Assembly (NCBI GenBank): GCA_963738045.1
Contig: CAVTUX010000005.1
Location: 548,715 to 612,714 of the forward strand
DNA length: 64,000 nt
Reading direction: 5' to 3'
DNA from: an uncultured Verrucomicrobiae bacterium
Lineage (GTDB): Bacteria > Verrucomicrobiota > Verrucomicrobiia > Chthoniobacterales > UBA10450
Both the position numbers and the translations under genes were made by a program. A model generated the notes under the pieces. That model saw nothing but the letters and a program-made list of their open reading frames with translations. It searched no databases and had not been told where the DNA came from. This document shows positions 19,999 through 29,018 of this stretch, piece by piece. The stretch's first letter is position 1, and each line of letters starts with the position of its first letter.

Positions 19999-20293
19999 TA
20001 TTTTTGAACGACTCCCGGTCGCCGCATGTCATCTCCCGCCACGCGGCCTGCTCGAAACTCCTCCCGCTTGTGCTTCCCTAACCAGCAATTTCAGCGCCAG
20101 CGAGGCAATTTTTCGGCTCGCGTCCCTCGTAACGGGAGGGTACACGGCCTCGGGGGAGCGGCCCAGCCAGACGAATTGGGCTTTACCTTCCTGGCGTCAT
20201 CACGTCTCTTCGGGTGATGGATCGGAGGATGTTTGACGGACCGGGGCCGCGCCAATCAATCGGACAGAATCTGTGTAATCTGGGAGCCATCGT

Positions 20294-20887
20294 ATGTTCA
20301 CCGGATTGATCGAGGAAGTGGGCCGCGTGCGCTGGATTCGCACCACCGCACGAGGCACTCAACTGCGAGTCGCCGCCCCTTCCATCTCGCCCAACCTGCG
20401 GGACGGCGACAGCGTCGCGGTCAATGGTTGTTGCCTAACGACAACGACCATACGCGATGGTGACCTCACTTTTGATCTGCTCGAGGAAACGATCGCGCGC
20501 ACCAATCTGCGCAGCCTCGGTGCCGATAGCCCGGTCAATCTCGAACGCGCCCTCGCCGCTACCGGACGCATCGGCGGCCATTTCGTGCAGGGCCACATCG
20601 ATTGCACGTCCCGCGTCCTCAACTTTGCCGCGCGTGGCACGGATTATCGGCTGGAGGTCGAATTGCCGGGCGCCTTCGTCCAATACGTCGTGGGCAAGGG
20701 CTCGATCGCGCTCAACGGCGTTAGCCTAACGATTGCCGAAGTGCTTCCGGCCAGCTTCGTCGTCTGGATCATTCCGCACACTCGAGAAGAGACAAACTTC
20801 CGCGGCCTCCAGCCTAACGACATCCTGAATGTAGAGTTCGACATCCTCGCCAAATACGTCGAGCGCATGCTGCGGAAAACGTTCTAG
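20294..20887 (+). CDS. ribE: riboflavin synthase (alpha chain)
   Basis: 197 aa. MFTGLIEEVG start and two lumazine-binding repeats (GDSVAVNGCCLT / GSIALNGVSLT). Confidence 0.92.
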   Translation: MFTGLIEEVGRVRWIRTTARGTQLRVAAPSISPNLRDGDSVAVNGCCLTTTTIRDGDLTFDLLEETIARTNLRSLGADSPVNLERALAATGRIGGHFVQGHIDCTSRVLNFAARGTDYRLEVELPGAFVQYVVGKGSIALNGVSLTIAEVLPASFVVWIIPHTREETNFRGLQPNDILNVEFDILAKYVERMLRKTF

Positions 20888-20889
20888 AA

Positions 20890-21175
20890 AAGAGCAGCGG
20901 GACCGCGCGGCAGCGGCCGGCGCAGAAATTGACGCACCCGCTCACCGGGATGCTGAGGTATATCATCGTCCGCATGATGCGGATGGACGACTTCCCGAGC
21001 GTGCGGTCGAAGGGCGACTCATAAAAGCCCTCGAGGTCGAGGGGATCAGGCCGAACGGAATGATCGCGATCAGGAGCCACTGGTAGTTCCGAAAGGGATC
21101 GATCGGGTATGGGAGATCGAGCCAACCGACGCCATAGTAACGCAGCGCAGGCGCGGCAAAAAGCGCAAGCGCCAA
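20890..21175 (-). pseudogene. fragment resembling the N-terminal membrane region of an exopolysaccharide polyprenyl glycosylphosphotransferase, frame-broken and truncated
   Basis: Minus-strand pieces ALALFAAPALRYYGVGWLDLPYPIDPFRNYQWLLIAIIPFGLIP and LDLEGFYESPFDRTLGKSSIRIMRTMIYLSIPVSG lie in two frames joined by a -1 shift in a C run. No catalytic domain follows. Confidence 0.3.
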
Positions 21176-21293
21176 GCGAATGCGCCGATGATCCGCTGGA
21201 ACTGCGTGTCTAGTTCCTGTTGACGGGCTAACATGTTTTCAAGGCGCGGCGGACGCACTTTGCCATGGCAAGCTGCGCACCCGAAGGGAAAAA

Positions 21294-21995
21294 ATGAAAG
21301 CCACGATTCTGGTCAACCGCAGGAACGTGGCCTCGCGTGTCGTCGGCATGATTGCGTCACCCGCGGCTCTCGTTAGGGCGACCCGCCTGCGGCGCCCGCC
21401 CGATCTTTTCGAGCTGCGACTCGACGCGCTTCGCGACTCGTTAGGCGAAGTCGAACGGGCTATTCCGCGACTGCGCGCTCCGCTCATTCTCACGGCACGT
21501 CATCCGGCGGAAGGCGGCGTTGGCAGGTTGCACGCGGGCCTGCGCCGTGCCCTGCTCCAGCGTTTTCTCGACGCCGCCACCTTGGTCGATCTCGAACTTC
21601 GATCCGTTAGGCAAATGAAAACGCTCCTCGATGAAATGCGCCGTCGCCGGATTGGCCTTCTTCTTTCGGTGCACGATTTTCGTGAAACGCCGTCGGTCGG
21701 GGAATTTCATCGTCTGGCGACGAGCGCGGCCGCGATTCAACCCGCGATTTTCAAAATCGCGACCCGCACCGATACGCCGGCGCAGCTAGACCGGTTGATC
21801 GCGTTTGTTCAGGCTGCGAACCGCCCCGAATTTCCGATCGCCGCGATGGGCCTTGGCAAGCTGGGCGCCAAATCACGCCGCCAGCTCGATCGCCTCGGTT
21901 CCGCCCTCACCTATGTCGCGCTCGGCGAGCCAAACGTTCAAGGCCAGCCGTCTCTCAGCCAACTCCGGCGCGCCCGCCGCACGTATATTATATAG
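21294..21995 (+). CDS. aroD: type I 3-dehydroquinate dehydratase
   Basis: 233 aa. FELRLDAL, LLLSVHDF, IFKIATR and AMGLGKLGAKSR match AroD landmarks. Confidence 0.85.
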   Translation: MKATILVNRRNVASRVVGMIASPAALVRATRLRRPPDLFELRLDALRDSLGEVERAIPRLRAPLILTARHPAEGGVGRLHAGLRRALLQRFLDAATLVDLELRSVRQMKTLLDEMRRRRIGLLLSVHDFRETPSVGEFHRLATSAAAIQPAIFKIATRTDTPAQLDRLIAFVQAANRPEFPIAAMGLGKLGAKSRRQLDRLGSALTYVALGEPNVQGQPSLSQLRRARRTYII

Positions 21996-22003
21996 AGAGT
22001 CTC

Positions 22004-22630
22004 GTGCTGTTGATGTCCGATATCGTCCCACTCCCGACTACCGTTCCCGTCATGCCGCTCACGGGCGTGCTGCTTTTTCCCAATGCCCTTCTCCCGCTCC
22101 ACATTTTCGAACCGCGTTTCCGAGAAATGCTTGCCCACGCACTCGATGACGACCGCATGCTCTGCGTCGCCCTCGTGAGGCCGGAGCGCTCACAATGGCG
22201 CACGAGCGACGACTTCTACGAGGTCAGTACCGTCGGGCTCATCCGGGCCTGCGTCGGCCGGAGCGATGGAACTTCCGATCTCATCCTGCAGGGAATCCAC
22301 CGGGTGAAGTTCAGCGAGTTTGAGCAGGAAACACCCTTCCCGATCGCGCGGATCAAGCCACTCGAAACGCGTACCAACCTCAGCGTCGAAACCGATGCAC
22401 TCGCCGCCAAGGTGCTGGAACTCTACGCCCAGCTCAGAAACACAGGGCGGGAGCTGCCGAAAAAAATCGATCGCTACCTGAGCGAGATGTCCGATCCGGA
22501 AACTCTCGCCGACCTGATCGCCTCCACTTTCATCAGCGATACAGTCCGCCGCCAAAAACTTCTCGAGGAGCTCGACCTCAACCAGCGCCTCCGCCTCCTC
22601 ATCCAGTACCTTCGCGACGAAAGCGCCTAA
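22004..22630 (+). CDS. Lon protease N-terminal (LON substrate-binding) domain protein
   Basis: 208 aa. VMPLTGVLLFPNALLPLHIFEPRFREML is the LON_substr_bdg signature. The stop TAA lies inside a GCCTAACGA copy. Confidence 0.85.
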   Translation: MLLMSDIVPLPTTVPVMPLTGVLLFPNALLPLHIFEPRFREMLAHALDDDRMLCVALVRPERSQWRTSDDFYEVSTVGLIRACVGRSDGTSDLILQGIHRVKFSEFEQETPFPIARIKPLETRTNLSVETDALAAKVLELYAQLRNTGRELPKKIDRYLSEMSDPETLADLIASTFISDTVRRQKLLEELDLNQRLRLLIQYLRDESA

Positions 22631-22634
22631 CGAG

Positions 22635-23789
22635 TCAGGAACCCACCAACCGCGCGTGTTCCTCGAGCAAATACCGATCGGTCATTCCGGCGACGTAATC
22701 GCACACCGTCCGGTAAAGCCCTTCGCTCTCGATCCGGCGCGCGGCACTCTCTCCCAGTCGTTCCGGTTCCCGGAGGTAGGCCGCGAATACCGAGCGCAAC
22801 ATCTCGCAGGCACGCCGGTTTACCTCCGCGACCCGCGGGTGATAATAGACGTTCGCATAGAGAAATTGCCGCAACTCCCGATTCGCCGTCCCCTGCTCCT
22901 CGCTGTAGCGAATCAACCGCTCCGCCTGCCGCCGCGCTTCCTCCGCGCTGGCCGGCCCGGCGGCCGCGATCGCCGACGCACTCGTCGCCACCACGTCGCG
23001 CACCTGCAGGTCGATGATGTCGCGGATTATATTTTGGTGCAGCTCCGCGCCTAACAATTCCGAATGCCACGCCGCCACTCGCTCATGGCTCCGTCGCCAG
23101 ATCGCGCTTTCATCCAGTTGATCGCCGTCAAGAATCGCGAAATCGAGAGCGTCATCCAGATCGTGACTATAATAGGTAATCTCATCCGCCAGGTCGGCGA
23201 TCTGCGCCTCGAGGGAGAGCGCGGTCTCGTCCTTACCTTTCCGCAAACCCTCCAGCACCTCGAACGTCAGATTGAGCCCGGGGAAAACCGGATACGGATG
23301 TTCCAGCAACTCGACCACGCGCAGGCTCTGGCGGTTGTGCTCAAAGCCACCCTGCTCCCGCATGCATTCCGCCAGCATCTCCTCGCCCGAATGCCCAAAG
23401 GGCGAATGTCCGAGATCATGCGCCAGCGCGATCGCCTCCGCCAGATCCTCGTTCAGCGCCAGCGCCCGCGCGATCGTGCGGCTGATCGAGGCCACTTCAA
23501 TTGTATGCGTTAGCCGCGTGCGCAGATGATCCGCCGTTCCATTGAGAAAAACCTGCGTTTTGTATTCCAGCCGGCGAAACGCCCGTGAATGAATGATCCG
23601 CGCCCGATCCCGCTGGAATTCCGTTCGGAAATCGTGACGCGGCTCGGAAAATTTCCGCCCGCGCGAGTCGGCCGATTTCTGGGCAAATGGGGCGAGCACC
23701 CGCTTCTCATCGGCTTCCATCTGCTCGCGGCGTTTCCAGCCGGCGGAGGGAAGCGCCGCCCTTTCAGTAAAAATAGATTCGTTAGGCAT
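22635..23789 (-). CDS. dgt: dGTPase-like deoxyguanosinetriphosphate triphosphohydrolase (HD domain)
   Basis: 384 aa. DRARIIHSRAFRRLEYKTQVF, the HD motif RLTHTIEVA...AHDLGHSPFGH, and C-terminal DYVAGMTDRY. Confidence 0.9.
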   Translation of the reverse strand: MPNESIFTERAALPSAGWKRREQMEADEKRVLAPFAQKSADSRGRKFSEPRHDFRTEFQRDRARIIHSRAFRRLEYKTQVFLNGTADHLRTRLTHTIEVASISRTIARALALNEDLAEAIALAHDLGHSPFGHSGEEMLAECMREQGGFEHNRQSLRVVELLEHPYPVFPGLNLTFEVLEGLRKGKDETALSLEAQIADLADEITYYSHDLDDALDFAILDGDQLDESAIWRRSHERVAAWHSELLGAELHQNIIRDIIDLQVRDVVATSASAIAAAGPASAEEARRQAERLIRYSEEQGTANRELRQFLYANVYYHPRVAEVNRRACEMLRSVFAAYLREPERLGESAARRIESEGLYRTVCDYVAGMTDRYLLEEHARLVGS

Positions 23790-23983
23790 AACGGTTTAGG
23801 CGTTGCCCTCCGCCATTCCGGGGAGCGCGTGCGACTCGCACGCTGGTTGAGGCGACCCCCCTCAACGAACTTCTGTCCACTGCCCAAATCACCGAATCCG
23901 TGTCGATCATTCCAAAACATCCGCCGATGTGGAGGGCATTCGCCCGCGCGCCGGCAACACACGCTCGCGCGATTTTCGCAGAG

Positions 23984-24346
23984 TTACGCCTCCTCATGCG
24001 AATCTGCGGACTCCGTCATCTTCTCGGCGAGGGCACGCTTTTCCGCCCGCGCCTGCGCCCGCACCATGAGGAGATCAAAAATCGCCAGCAGCACCACGGT
24101 CACGGTCAGCCAGGCACAGGCCGCCCAGTAAAGAATGAACCGGGCCGGGTAGGTTCGGGGATCGAGCCCCGGGGCGAGAAAAGTCGATCCGCAAAAGAGC
24201 ATCGCCACCGCCGCGATCACCGTCCAGAACATCGCCTTGCGCCGCATCGTCTGATCGCGCAAAAGTCCGCGCGCCGCATAGGCGGAAAACGAGGCGATCC
24301 GCAGGCCGCGTTGGTTGGGCGGGCGTTCGTCGTTAGGCGGAATCAT
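23984..24346 (-). CDS. small membrane protein, hypothetical
   Basis: 120 aa with two hydrophobic helices (FWTVIAAVAMLFCGSTFLA, ILYWAACAWLTVTVVLLAIFDLL). The start codon sits in the loop of an inverted motif pair. Confidence 0.5.
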   Translation of the reverse strand: MIPPNDERPPNQRGLRIASFSAYAARGLLRDQTMRRKAMFWTVIAAVAMLFCGSTFLAPGLDPRTYPARFILYWAACAWLTVTVVLLAIFDLLMVRAQARAEKRALAEKMTESADSHEEA

Positions 24347-24357
24347 CTGCGCCTAAC
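24332..24357. repeat. inverted pair of the abundant motif (GTTAGGCG / CGCCTAAC) forming a potential 8-bp stem
   Basis: Arms GTTAGGCG 24332-24339 and CGCCTAAC 24350-24357. The 10-nt loop contains the ATG (24346-24344, minus strand) of the small membrane ORF. Confidence 0.6.
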
Positions 24358-24449
24358 AAAATCCACCCAGACCTGGGGAACGCAAACGTCGCGATTACTT
24401 CCGCGCGAAGCGGGATCGGATAGCCAGTAGCCGGAGATTTTCGCCTGTT

Positions 24450-25724
24450 CTACAGGAGCAGCAGCGCGGGATTTTCCAGGAGCTGCCGGAGGGCTTTGAG
24501 GTAATTGGCGCCGATCGCGCCGTCGACCACGCGGTGGTCGCAGCTCATGCCGATCTTCATCCGATGACCGGAAACGATCGCGCCGGCTTCGCTCACGACC
24601 GGCTGCCTAACGATGGCGCCGATCGAGAGGATGATGGCCTGGGGCGGATTGATCACGGCGGAGAAATAATCGATCCCATAGCTGCCGAGATTCGAAACGG
24701 TCAGAGTGCCGCCCTGGAATTCTTCCGGCTTCATCCTCTTGTTGCGCGCGCGGTGGGCGAGGTCTTTGACCGCCGCGCTGATTTCGCGAAGCGATTTGTT
24801 TTGCGCCTGCCTAACGACCGGCGTGACGAGGCCTTCGTCGAGGGCGACGGCGACGCCGAGGTTGATGTCGCCGTATTGCACAATGGCGTCGTTGTCGAAG
24901 GAGGCGTTCACTTTCGGTTCGCCCTGAGCGGCGAGGACGGCGGCGCACAGGATGAAATCGTTGACGGTGATCTTACTCGCGTCGTCGTCTTCGCCGGCGG
25001 ATTTCAGTTCGGCGCGGATGCGCATGAGCGGGCCGGCATCGATTTCGATGTTGAGATAGAAATGGGGAATCGGGCCAAGGCTCTGGCCGAGGCGCTCGGC
25101 GATGATCTTGCGCATGCCGGTGAGGGTGGTGCGGACGGTTTCGCCGGCGGCAATCGCGGGGACAGGTTTGGGGTTGGCAGGAGTCCTGGCGATGGCAGGC
25201 GTGGCCGACGCGGCCGCCTCTATATCTTTTTCTACGATGCGGCCGCCGGGACCGGTGCCTTTGATGGTCGTTAGGTCGATACTTTTCTCGGCGGCAATTT
25301 TGCGAGCGAGCGGAGAGGCCTTGATTCGGCCGGTCTCGGTTTTCTCCTCGGCATCGGACGCGGCTTTGTCGTCGGGAGCTTTTTGTTTCGGCGCGATCTC
25401 CTCTTCTGTCGCTTCGGCGGGTGCGGGTTTTTCGGTTTCGGCTTTCGGTTCTTCCTGTTTCGCTGCGCCATTCTCGGGCGCTTCTTCCCCTTCCTCTCCG
25501 ATGAAGGCGATGCGCTCGCCCACATTCACTTTTCCGCCTTCCTTCACGTAAATCTCCCTCAGCGACCCGTCGTCCGTCGCCTCCCATTCCATCGTCGCCT
25601 TGTCGGTCTCAATTTCGGCCAGGACTTCGCCAGCCTTGACCCGATCGCCCACTTTCTTTTTCCAACTGACGAGCGTCCCCTCGGTCATGGTGTCGCTCAG
25701 TTTGGGCATCTGGATTTCAGGCAT
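24450..25724 (-). CDS. pdhC: pyruvate dehydrogenase complex E2, dihydrolipoamide acetyltransferase
   Basis: ORF 24450..25778; ATG 25724 gives MPEIQMPKLSDTMTEGTL. Lipoyl site ETDKATME, an Ala/Pro/Glu linker, a subunit-binding domain and the catalytic CDHRVVDG. Confidence 0.92.
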   Translation of the reverse strand: MPEIQMPKLSDTMTEGTLVSWKKKVGDRVKAGEVLAEIETDKATMEWEATDDGSLREIYVKEGGKVNVGERIAFIGEEGEEAPENGAAKQEEPKAETEKPAPAEATEEEIAPKQKAPDDKAASDAEEKTETGRIKASPLARKIAAEKSIDLTTIKGTGPGGRIVEKDIEAAASATPAIARTPANPKPVPAIAAGETVRTTLTGMRKIIAERLGQSLGPIPHFYLNIEIDAGPLMRIRAELKSAGEDDDASKITVNDFILCAAVLAAQGEPKVNASFDNDAIVQYGDINLGVAVALDEGLVTPVVRQAQNKSLREISAAVKDLAHRARNKRMKPEEFQGGTLTVSNLGSYGIDYFSAVINPPQAIILSIGAIVRQPVVSEAGAIVSGHRMKIGMSCDHRVVDGAIGANYLKALRQLLENPALLLL

Positions 25725-25771
25725 TGGGTCTGTGAATCGTAAGACGGTGAATGGTGAATCGGCTGTCAGGC

Positions 25772-26749
25772 CTAACAAATCTTCCTGACGGCGGCGATGA
25801 TTTTCTCGGCACTGGGCAGGACCGCTTTCTCCAACGACTCATTGTACGGCATCGGCACGTCCTCCTGCGAAACGCGCAGGATCGGCGCGTCGAGTTCGTC
25901 GAAGATTTCCTTTTGAATCCGGTAGCTGATCTCCGCGCCGACGCCGCAGAAAGGCCGATCCTGTTCTGCGATCACGACCCGATGAGTCTTGCTGACCGAC
26001 TCGAGAACTGCGGGCAGATCGAGCGGCTTGATCGAGCGCAGGTCGAACACTTCGGCATTAATCTTGTCACTCGCCAGTTGCTCCGCCGCGGCCAGCGCCA
26101 TCGGCACCGTTTGCGCGTAGCAGATTATGGTGACGTTGCTGCCTTCGCGTTTGATCTCCGCTTCGCCTAACGGGATGAGCAACTCCTCGTCCGCCGGCTC
26201 GACCATGCCTTTGTGGCTGTAGAAAAGTTCGCACTCGAGGACTAGCACGGGGTTGTTGTCGCGCACCGCGGTCTTGAGCAAGCCTTTCGCGTCGCGCGGC
26301 GTGGCCGGCGTGCAAATCTTGAGGCCGGGGACGTTGGCGTAAAGACATTCGGTGGCGTGTGAATGGGTCGCGCCGAGCTGGTGCGCCGGGCCGTTCGGTC
26401 CGCGGAAAGTAATCGGGATGTTAAACTGACCTCCCGACATGGTGAGCATGTTGGGCGCGTTGTTCACCAGTTGGTCAAACGCGACTAACGAAAAGCTAAA
26501 GGTCATGAATTCGACGATAGGCCGCAGCCCAACCATGGCCGCCCCAATCCCGAGGCCGGCGAAGCCATTTTCACTGATTGGCGTGTCGATAATGCGATCC
26601 GGCCCGAAACGATCGAGCAGGCCCTGGCTCACTTTGTAGGCGCCGTTGTATTCCGCGACTTCCTCACCCATGAGAAAGACATTCGGGTCGCGCTCGATTT
26701 CTTCGGCCAGCGCTTCGTTCAGCGCCTGACGGTAGGTGATCTCTCTCAC
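25772..26749 (-). CDS. pdhB: pyruvate dehydrogenase E1 component, beta subunit
   Basis: 325 aa. MREITYRQALNEAL...FLMGEEV..YNGAYKV. The GTG start overlaps the pdhA stop (GTGA). Confidence 0.93.
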   Translation of the reverse strand: MREITYRQALNEALAEEIERDPNVFLMGEEVAEYNGAYKVSQGLLDRFGPDRIIDTPISENGFAGLGIGAAMVGLRPIVEFMTFSFSLVAFDQLVNNAPNMLTMSGGQFNIPITFRGPNGPAHQLGATHSHATECLYANVPGLKICTPATPRDAKGLLKTAVRDNNPVLVLECELFYSHKGMVEPADEELLIPLGEAEIKREGSNVTIICYAQTVPMALAAAEQLASDKINAEVFDLRSIKPLDLPAVLESVSKTHRVVIAEQDRPFCGVGAEISYRIQKEIFDELDAPILRVSQEDVPMPYNESLEKAVLPSAEKIIAAVRKIC

Positions 26750-27873
26750 GCTTTCGTTCTCGGTGTGGCGGCGGCGGTGTCGGCCGCATCGCCATTGTTC
26801 TTCGCTCTGCGGGCCGGCCCCTTTTGTCTGACCGGGCTGGCTTGCCGGGATGTTTTTGCTGGAGACACGCCCGCTTCGACAGCGCCCGGCTCGTCGCCGT
26901 CGTCAACGTAGGTATAGGCGTGAAGTTCCTCGATCGGCGGCTCGGGGCTCTCCTCGGCAAATTTCACGCTCGCCATCACCTCTTCCTTAGCTCGCTTGTC
27001 GAGCTCGTCGAACCGTTCGTTAGTCAACTTGCCTTCCCGCGTGAGTTGGGCGCGCAACCGCGTAATCGGATCTTCCAGCCGGTATTTCTCCAGCTCTTCT
27101 TTCGTCCGATAGCTGGCTGGGTCCGACATGGAATGGCCGCGATAACGATAAGTGCGGACTTCAACAAAAGCCGGATGCGGATCCTTGCGGATCGAAGTGA
27201 CGATTTCGCTCAGCTTGTCGCGCACTTCGCGGAAGTTCATCCCGTCCACAATTTCGCCCCGCATGTCGTAGCCCTCGGCGCGATCGACCAGGTGCTCGAG
27301 CGAGGTCGAACGTTTCACCGACGTGCCCATGGCGAAGAAGTTGTTTTCGCAGATGAAAATGACCGGCAATCTGAAAAGTCCGGCGAGATTGAGCGCCTCG
27401 TGGAAACTCCCCTGGTTGATGGCGCCATCGCCAAAAAAGCAGAGCGTGACCCGGTCTTCCTTGCGGTACTTCGCGGCGAAGGCGATGCCCGCCCCCAGGG
27501 GCACGTGCGCGCCGACGATAGCGTGACCGCCATACATGTGGTGGGCCTTGTCGAAGTAATGCATCGACCCGCCGAGCCCGCGCGAACAGCCGGTCGCTTT
27601 GCCGAAAAGCTCTGCCATGCAGGCGTTCGCGCTCGTTCCGCGAGCGAGTGCGTGAGCGTGATCGCGATACGCCGTAATGATGTAATCATCCGGCCGGGTG
27701 GCCGCGACCGCGCCGGTCACGACCGCTTCCTGTCCGATATAAAGATGGCAAAAGCCACCGATCTTCTGCGCTTGATATTGCTGGCTCGCGCGCTCCTCAA
27801 ACCGGCGGATCAGCAACATCGTCGCGAGCATCTCGACTTCGTCGCGTTGCCCGGGCGAAGACATTGGGATCAA
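26746..27873 (-). CDS. pdhA: pyruvate dehydrogenase E1 component, alpha subunit
   Basis: 375 aa (TTG 27873, or ATG 27864). TPP motif FFGDGAINQGSFHEALNLA...ENN and YRYRGHSMSD. Low-complexity C-terminal tail. Confidence 0.93.
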   Translation of the reverse strand: MIPMSSPGQRDEVEMLATMLLIRRFEERASQQYQAQKIGGFCHLYIGQEAVVTGAVAATRPDDYIITAYRDHAHALARGTSANACMAELFGKATGCSRGLGGSMHYFDKAHHMYGGHAIVGAHVPLGAGIAFAAKYRKEDRVTLCFFGDGAINQGSFHEALNLAGLFRLPVIFICENNFFAMGTSVKRSTSLEHLVDRAEGYDMRGEIVDGMNFREVRDKLSEIVTSIRKDPHPAFVEVRTYRYRGHSMSDPASYRTKEELEKYRLEDPITRLRAQLTREGKLTNERFDELDKRAKEEVMASVKFAEESPEPPIEELHAYTYVDDGDEPGAVEAGVSPAKTSRQASPVRQKGPARRAKNNGDAADTAAATPRTKA

Positions 27874-28466
27874 TGCGGCAGCGGACGCGTCGCAGCGGCC
27901 GGCAGCGCGGCTTCGCGCCGGCTCAAGCTCATGCAGGCGACGAAAAGCAGCGTGAAGAGCAGGTCGCTCACGACCGAGTTGCGGAAGAACATCCAGGTCG
28001 GGGTCGCACCGTATTGCGGCAGGCCGACGGTGAGCGCCTGGATGAGGCCGCCGAAATTTTTGACGTAGCCCGGATCGGTCAGCCAGGAAAACGTGTTCGT
28101 GATCGCGTAAAAGAGAACCGACCCGGCAAGCGCGGCAGGCAGGACCGTCTTGAGCGAAGGCCGCCGGCTAATGGCGAGCCCGAGCAACCCAACAAGCCCA
28201 AAGGCAATGTAACGACAGAGAATCAAGGGATCTGAAAGCGACGCCCCGTAGTAAAAATCAAGGACGAGATCGGATAGGAGGAGCGCCGCAAACGGCACGG
28301 TAAACTTGTATTTCCGCGGAAAATAAGCCGCGCTGCAGAGAGCAATCGCGGCTAGCGGGGCGAAGTTGGAGAGCCAGGCGCTGCCGCCGCCGTGCACGAT
28401 AACGGCCGAGGCGACACGAAAAACGACGGTTAGCAAAACCAAAAGAAGCGCAGCAAACATGGCCAA
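27870..28466 (-). CDS. polytopic membrane protein, hypothetical
   Basis: 198 aa with 5-6 hydrophobic helices. Its stop overlaps the pdhA start region, consistent with the same operon. Confidence 0.7.
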   Translation of the reverse strand: MAMFAALLLVLLTVVFRVASAVIVHGGGSAWLSNFAPLAAIALCSAAYFPRKYKFTVPFAALLLSDLVLDFYYGASLSDPLILCRYIAFGLVGLLGLAISRRPSLKTVLPAALAGSVLFYAITNTFSWLTDPGYVKNFGGLIQALTVGLPQYGATPTWMFFRNSVVSDLLFTLLFVACMSLSRREAALPAAATRPLPH

Positions 28467-28586
28467 AACTCAACTGTTCTGAACGAGATGCAAAGCGCTT
28501 TTATCCCCTGCTCGTAATCGGACTCGTCCTCGAAAGTCGGTCTTGTCCGACAAAATCACGAGGAGGAGTACGGGGACGAGCAGGAT

Positions 28587-28838
28587 TCAGGAAGCCGCGC
28601 TTTTCGCCGCCGCCCTGGCCAAACGGGCCTTGCGACGATTGGCCACGTTGCGGTGAATCACCCCGCGTTTAGCCGCCTTATCGAGCGCAGAGACGAGCGC
28701 GCGATGGTCCTCGGTCTTTCCCCCGCCGGTCGCATGTCGCTTCTGGAGCGAACGTAGATGACTGACGACGCTGCGATTTCGCAGAGTGCGGCGCGGATTT
28801 TGACGAGCACGTTTGGCGGCGGATTTGGAATTAGCCAT
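28587..28838 (-). CDS. rpsT: 30S ribosomal protein S20
   Basis: ORF 28587..28901. ATG 28838 gives MANSKSAAKRARQNPRRTLRNRS, the canonical S20 N-terminus. Confidence 0.9.
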   Translation of the reverse strand: MANSKSAAKRARQNPRRTLRNRSVVSHLRSLQKRHATGGGKTEDHRALVSALDKAAKRGVIHRNVANRRKARLARAAAKSAAS

Positions 28839-29018
28839 GAAGCAAAAGTTTTGTGGACGGGCAGGCTCGCGGACACGTCCCACCTTGTCAAGGCGAGGCA
28901 CTTTCCGCGAATCGGTTCATCGCCTTCGCGATGGCGAGATGGTTTGCAGTTGCCACGCCCCACGCCTTTCTAGTCTCCGCGCCTGACGACGGGGCGCAGA
29001 GGTCGGGGACTTCGAATC

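Noticed and set aside
19921-20230. Possible cobalamin riboswitch in the 5' leader of the TonB-dependent receptor (minus strand)
   Set aside because: It contains UUAGGGAAGC but lacks the adjacent GGUG.AA.UCC block, GCCACUG and a B12 box (AGUCAGGAGACCUGCC-like). The GC-rich hairpins alone are not diagnostic.
20040-20293. Possible FMN (RFN) riboswitch upstream of ribE
   Set aside because: Only short resemblances exist (UCUUCGGG at the 5' side, CGGACAG...UCUGGGAG at the 3' side). The core blocks AGGG..CCC.ACCGGCGGU and GCCGACAGU are missing, and the candidate span (about 80 nt) is too short for the six-helix RFN fold.
26824-28068. Long antisense shadow ORFs in the track (e.g. 26824..28068 414 aa, 16954..18168 404 aa, 35178..36275 365 aa, 49993..51135 380 aa, 57279..58805 508 aa, 6812..7618 268 aa)
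   Set aside because: Each lies opposite a gene with unmistakable conserved motifs and has Arg/Gly/Pro-rich, low-information sequence, typical of stop-poor antisense frames in GC-rich DNA.
28985-29018. tRNA-like T-arm word (TTCGAATC)
   Set aside because: No acceptor, D or anticodon stems can be drawn around it. I saw no tRNA gene anywhere in the window.
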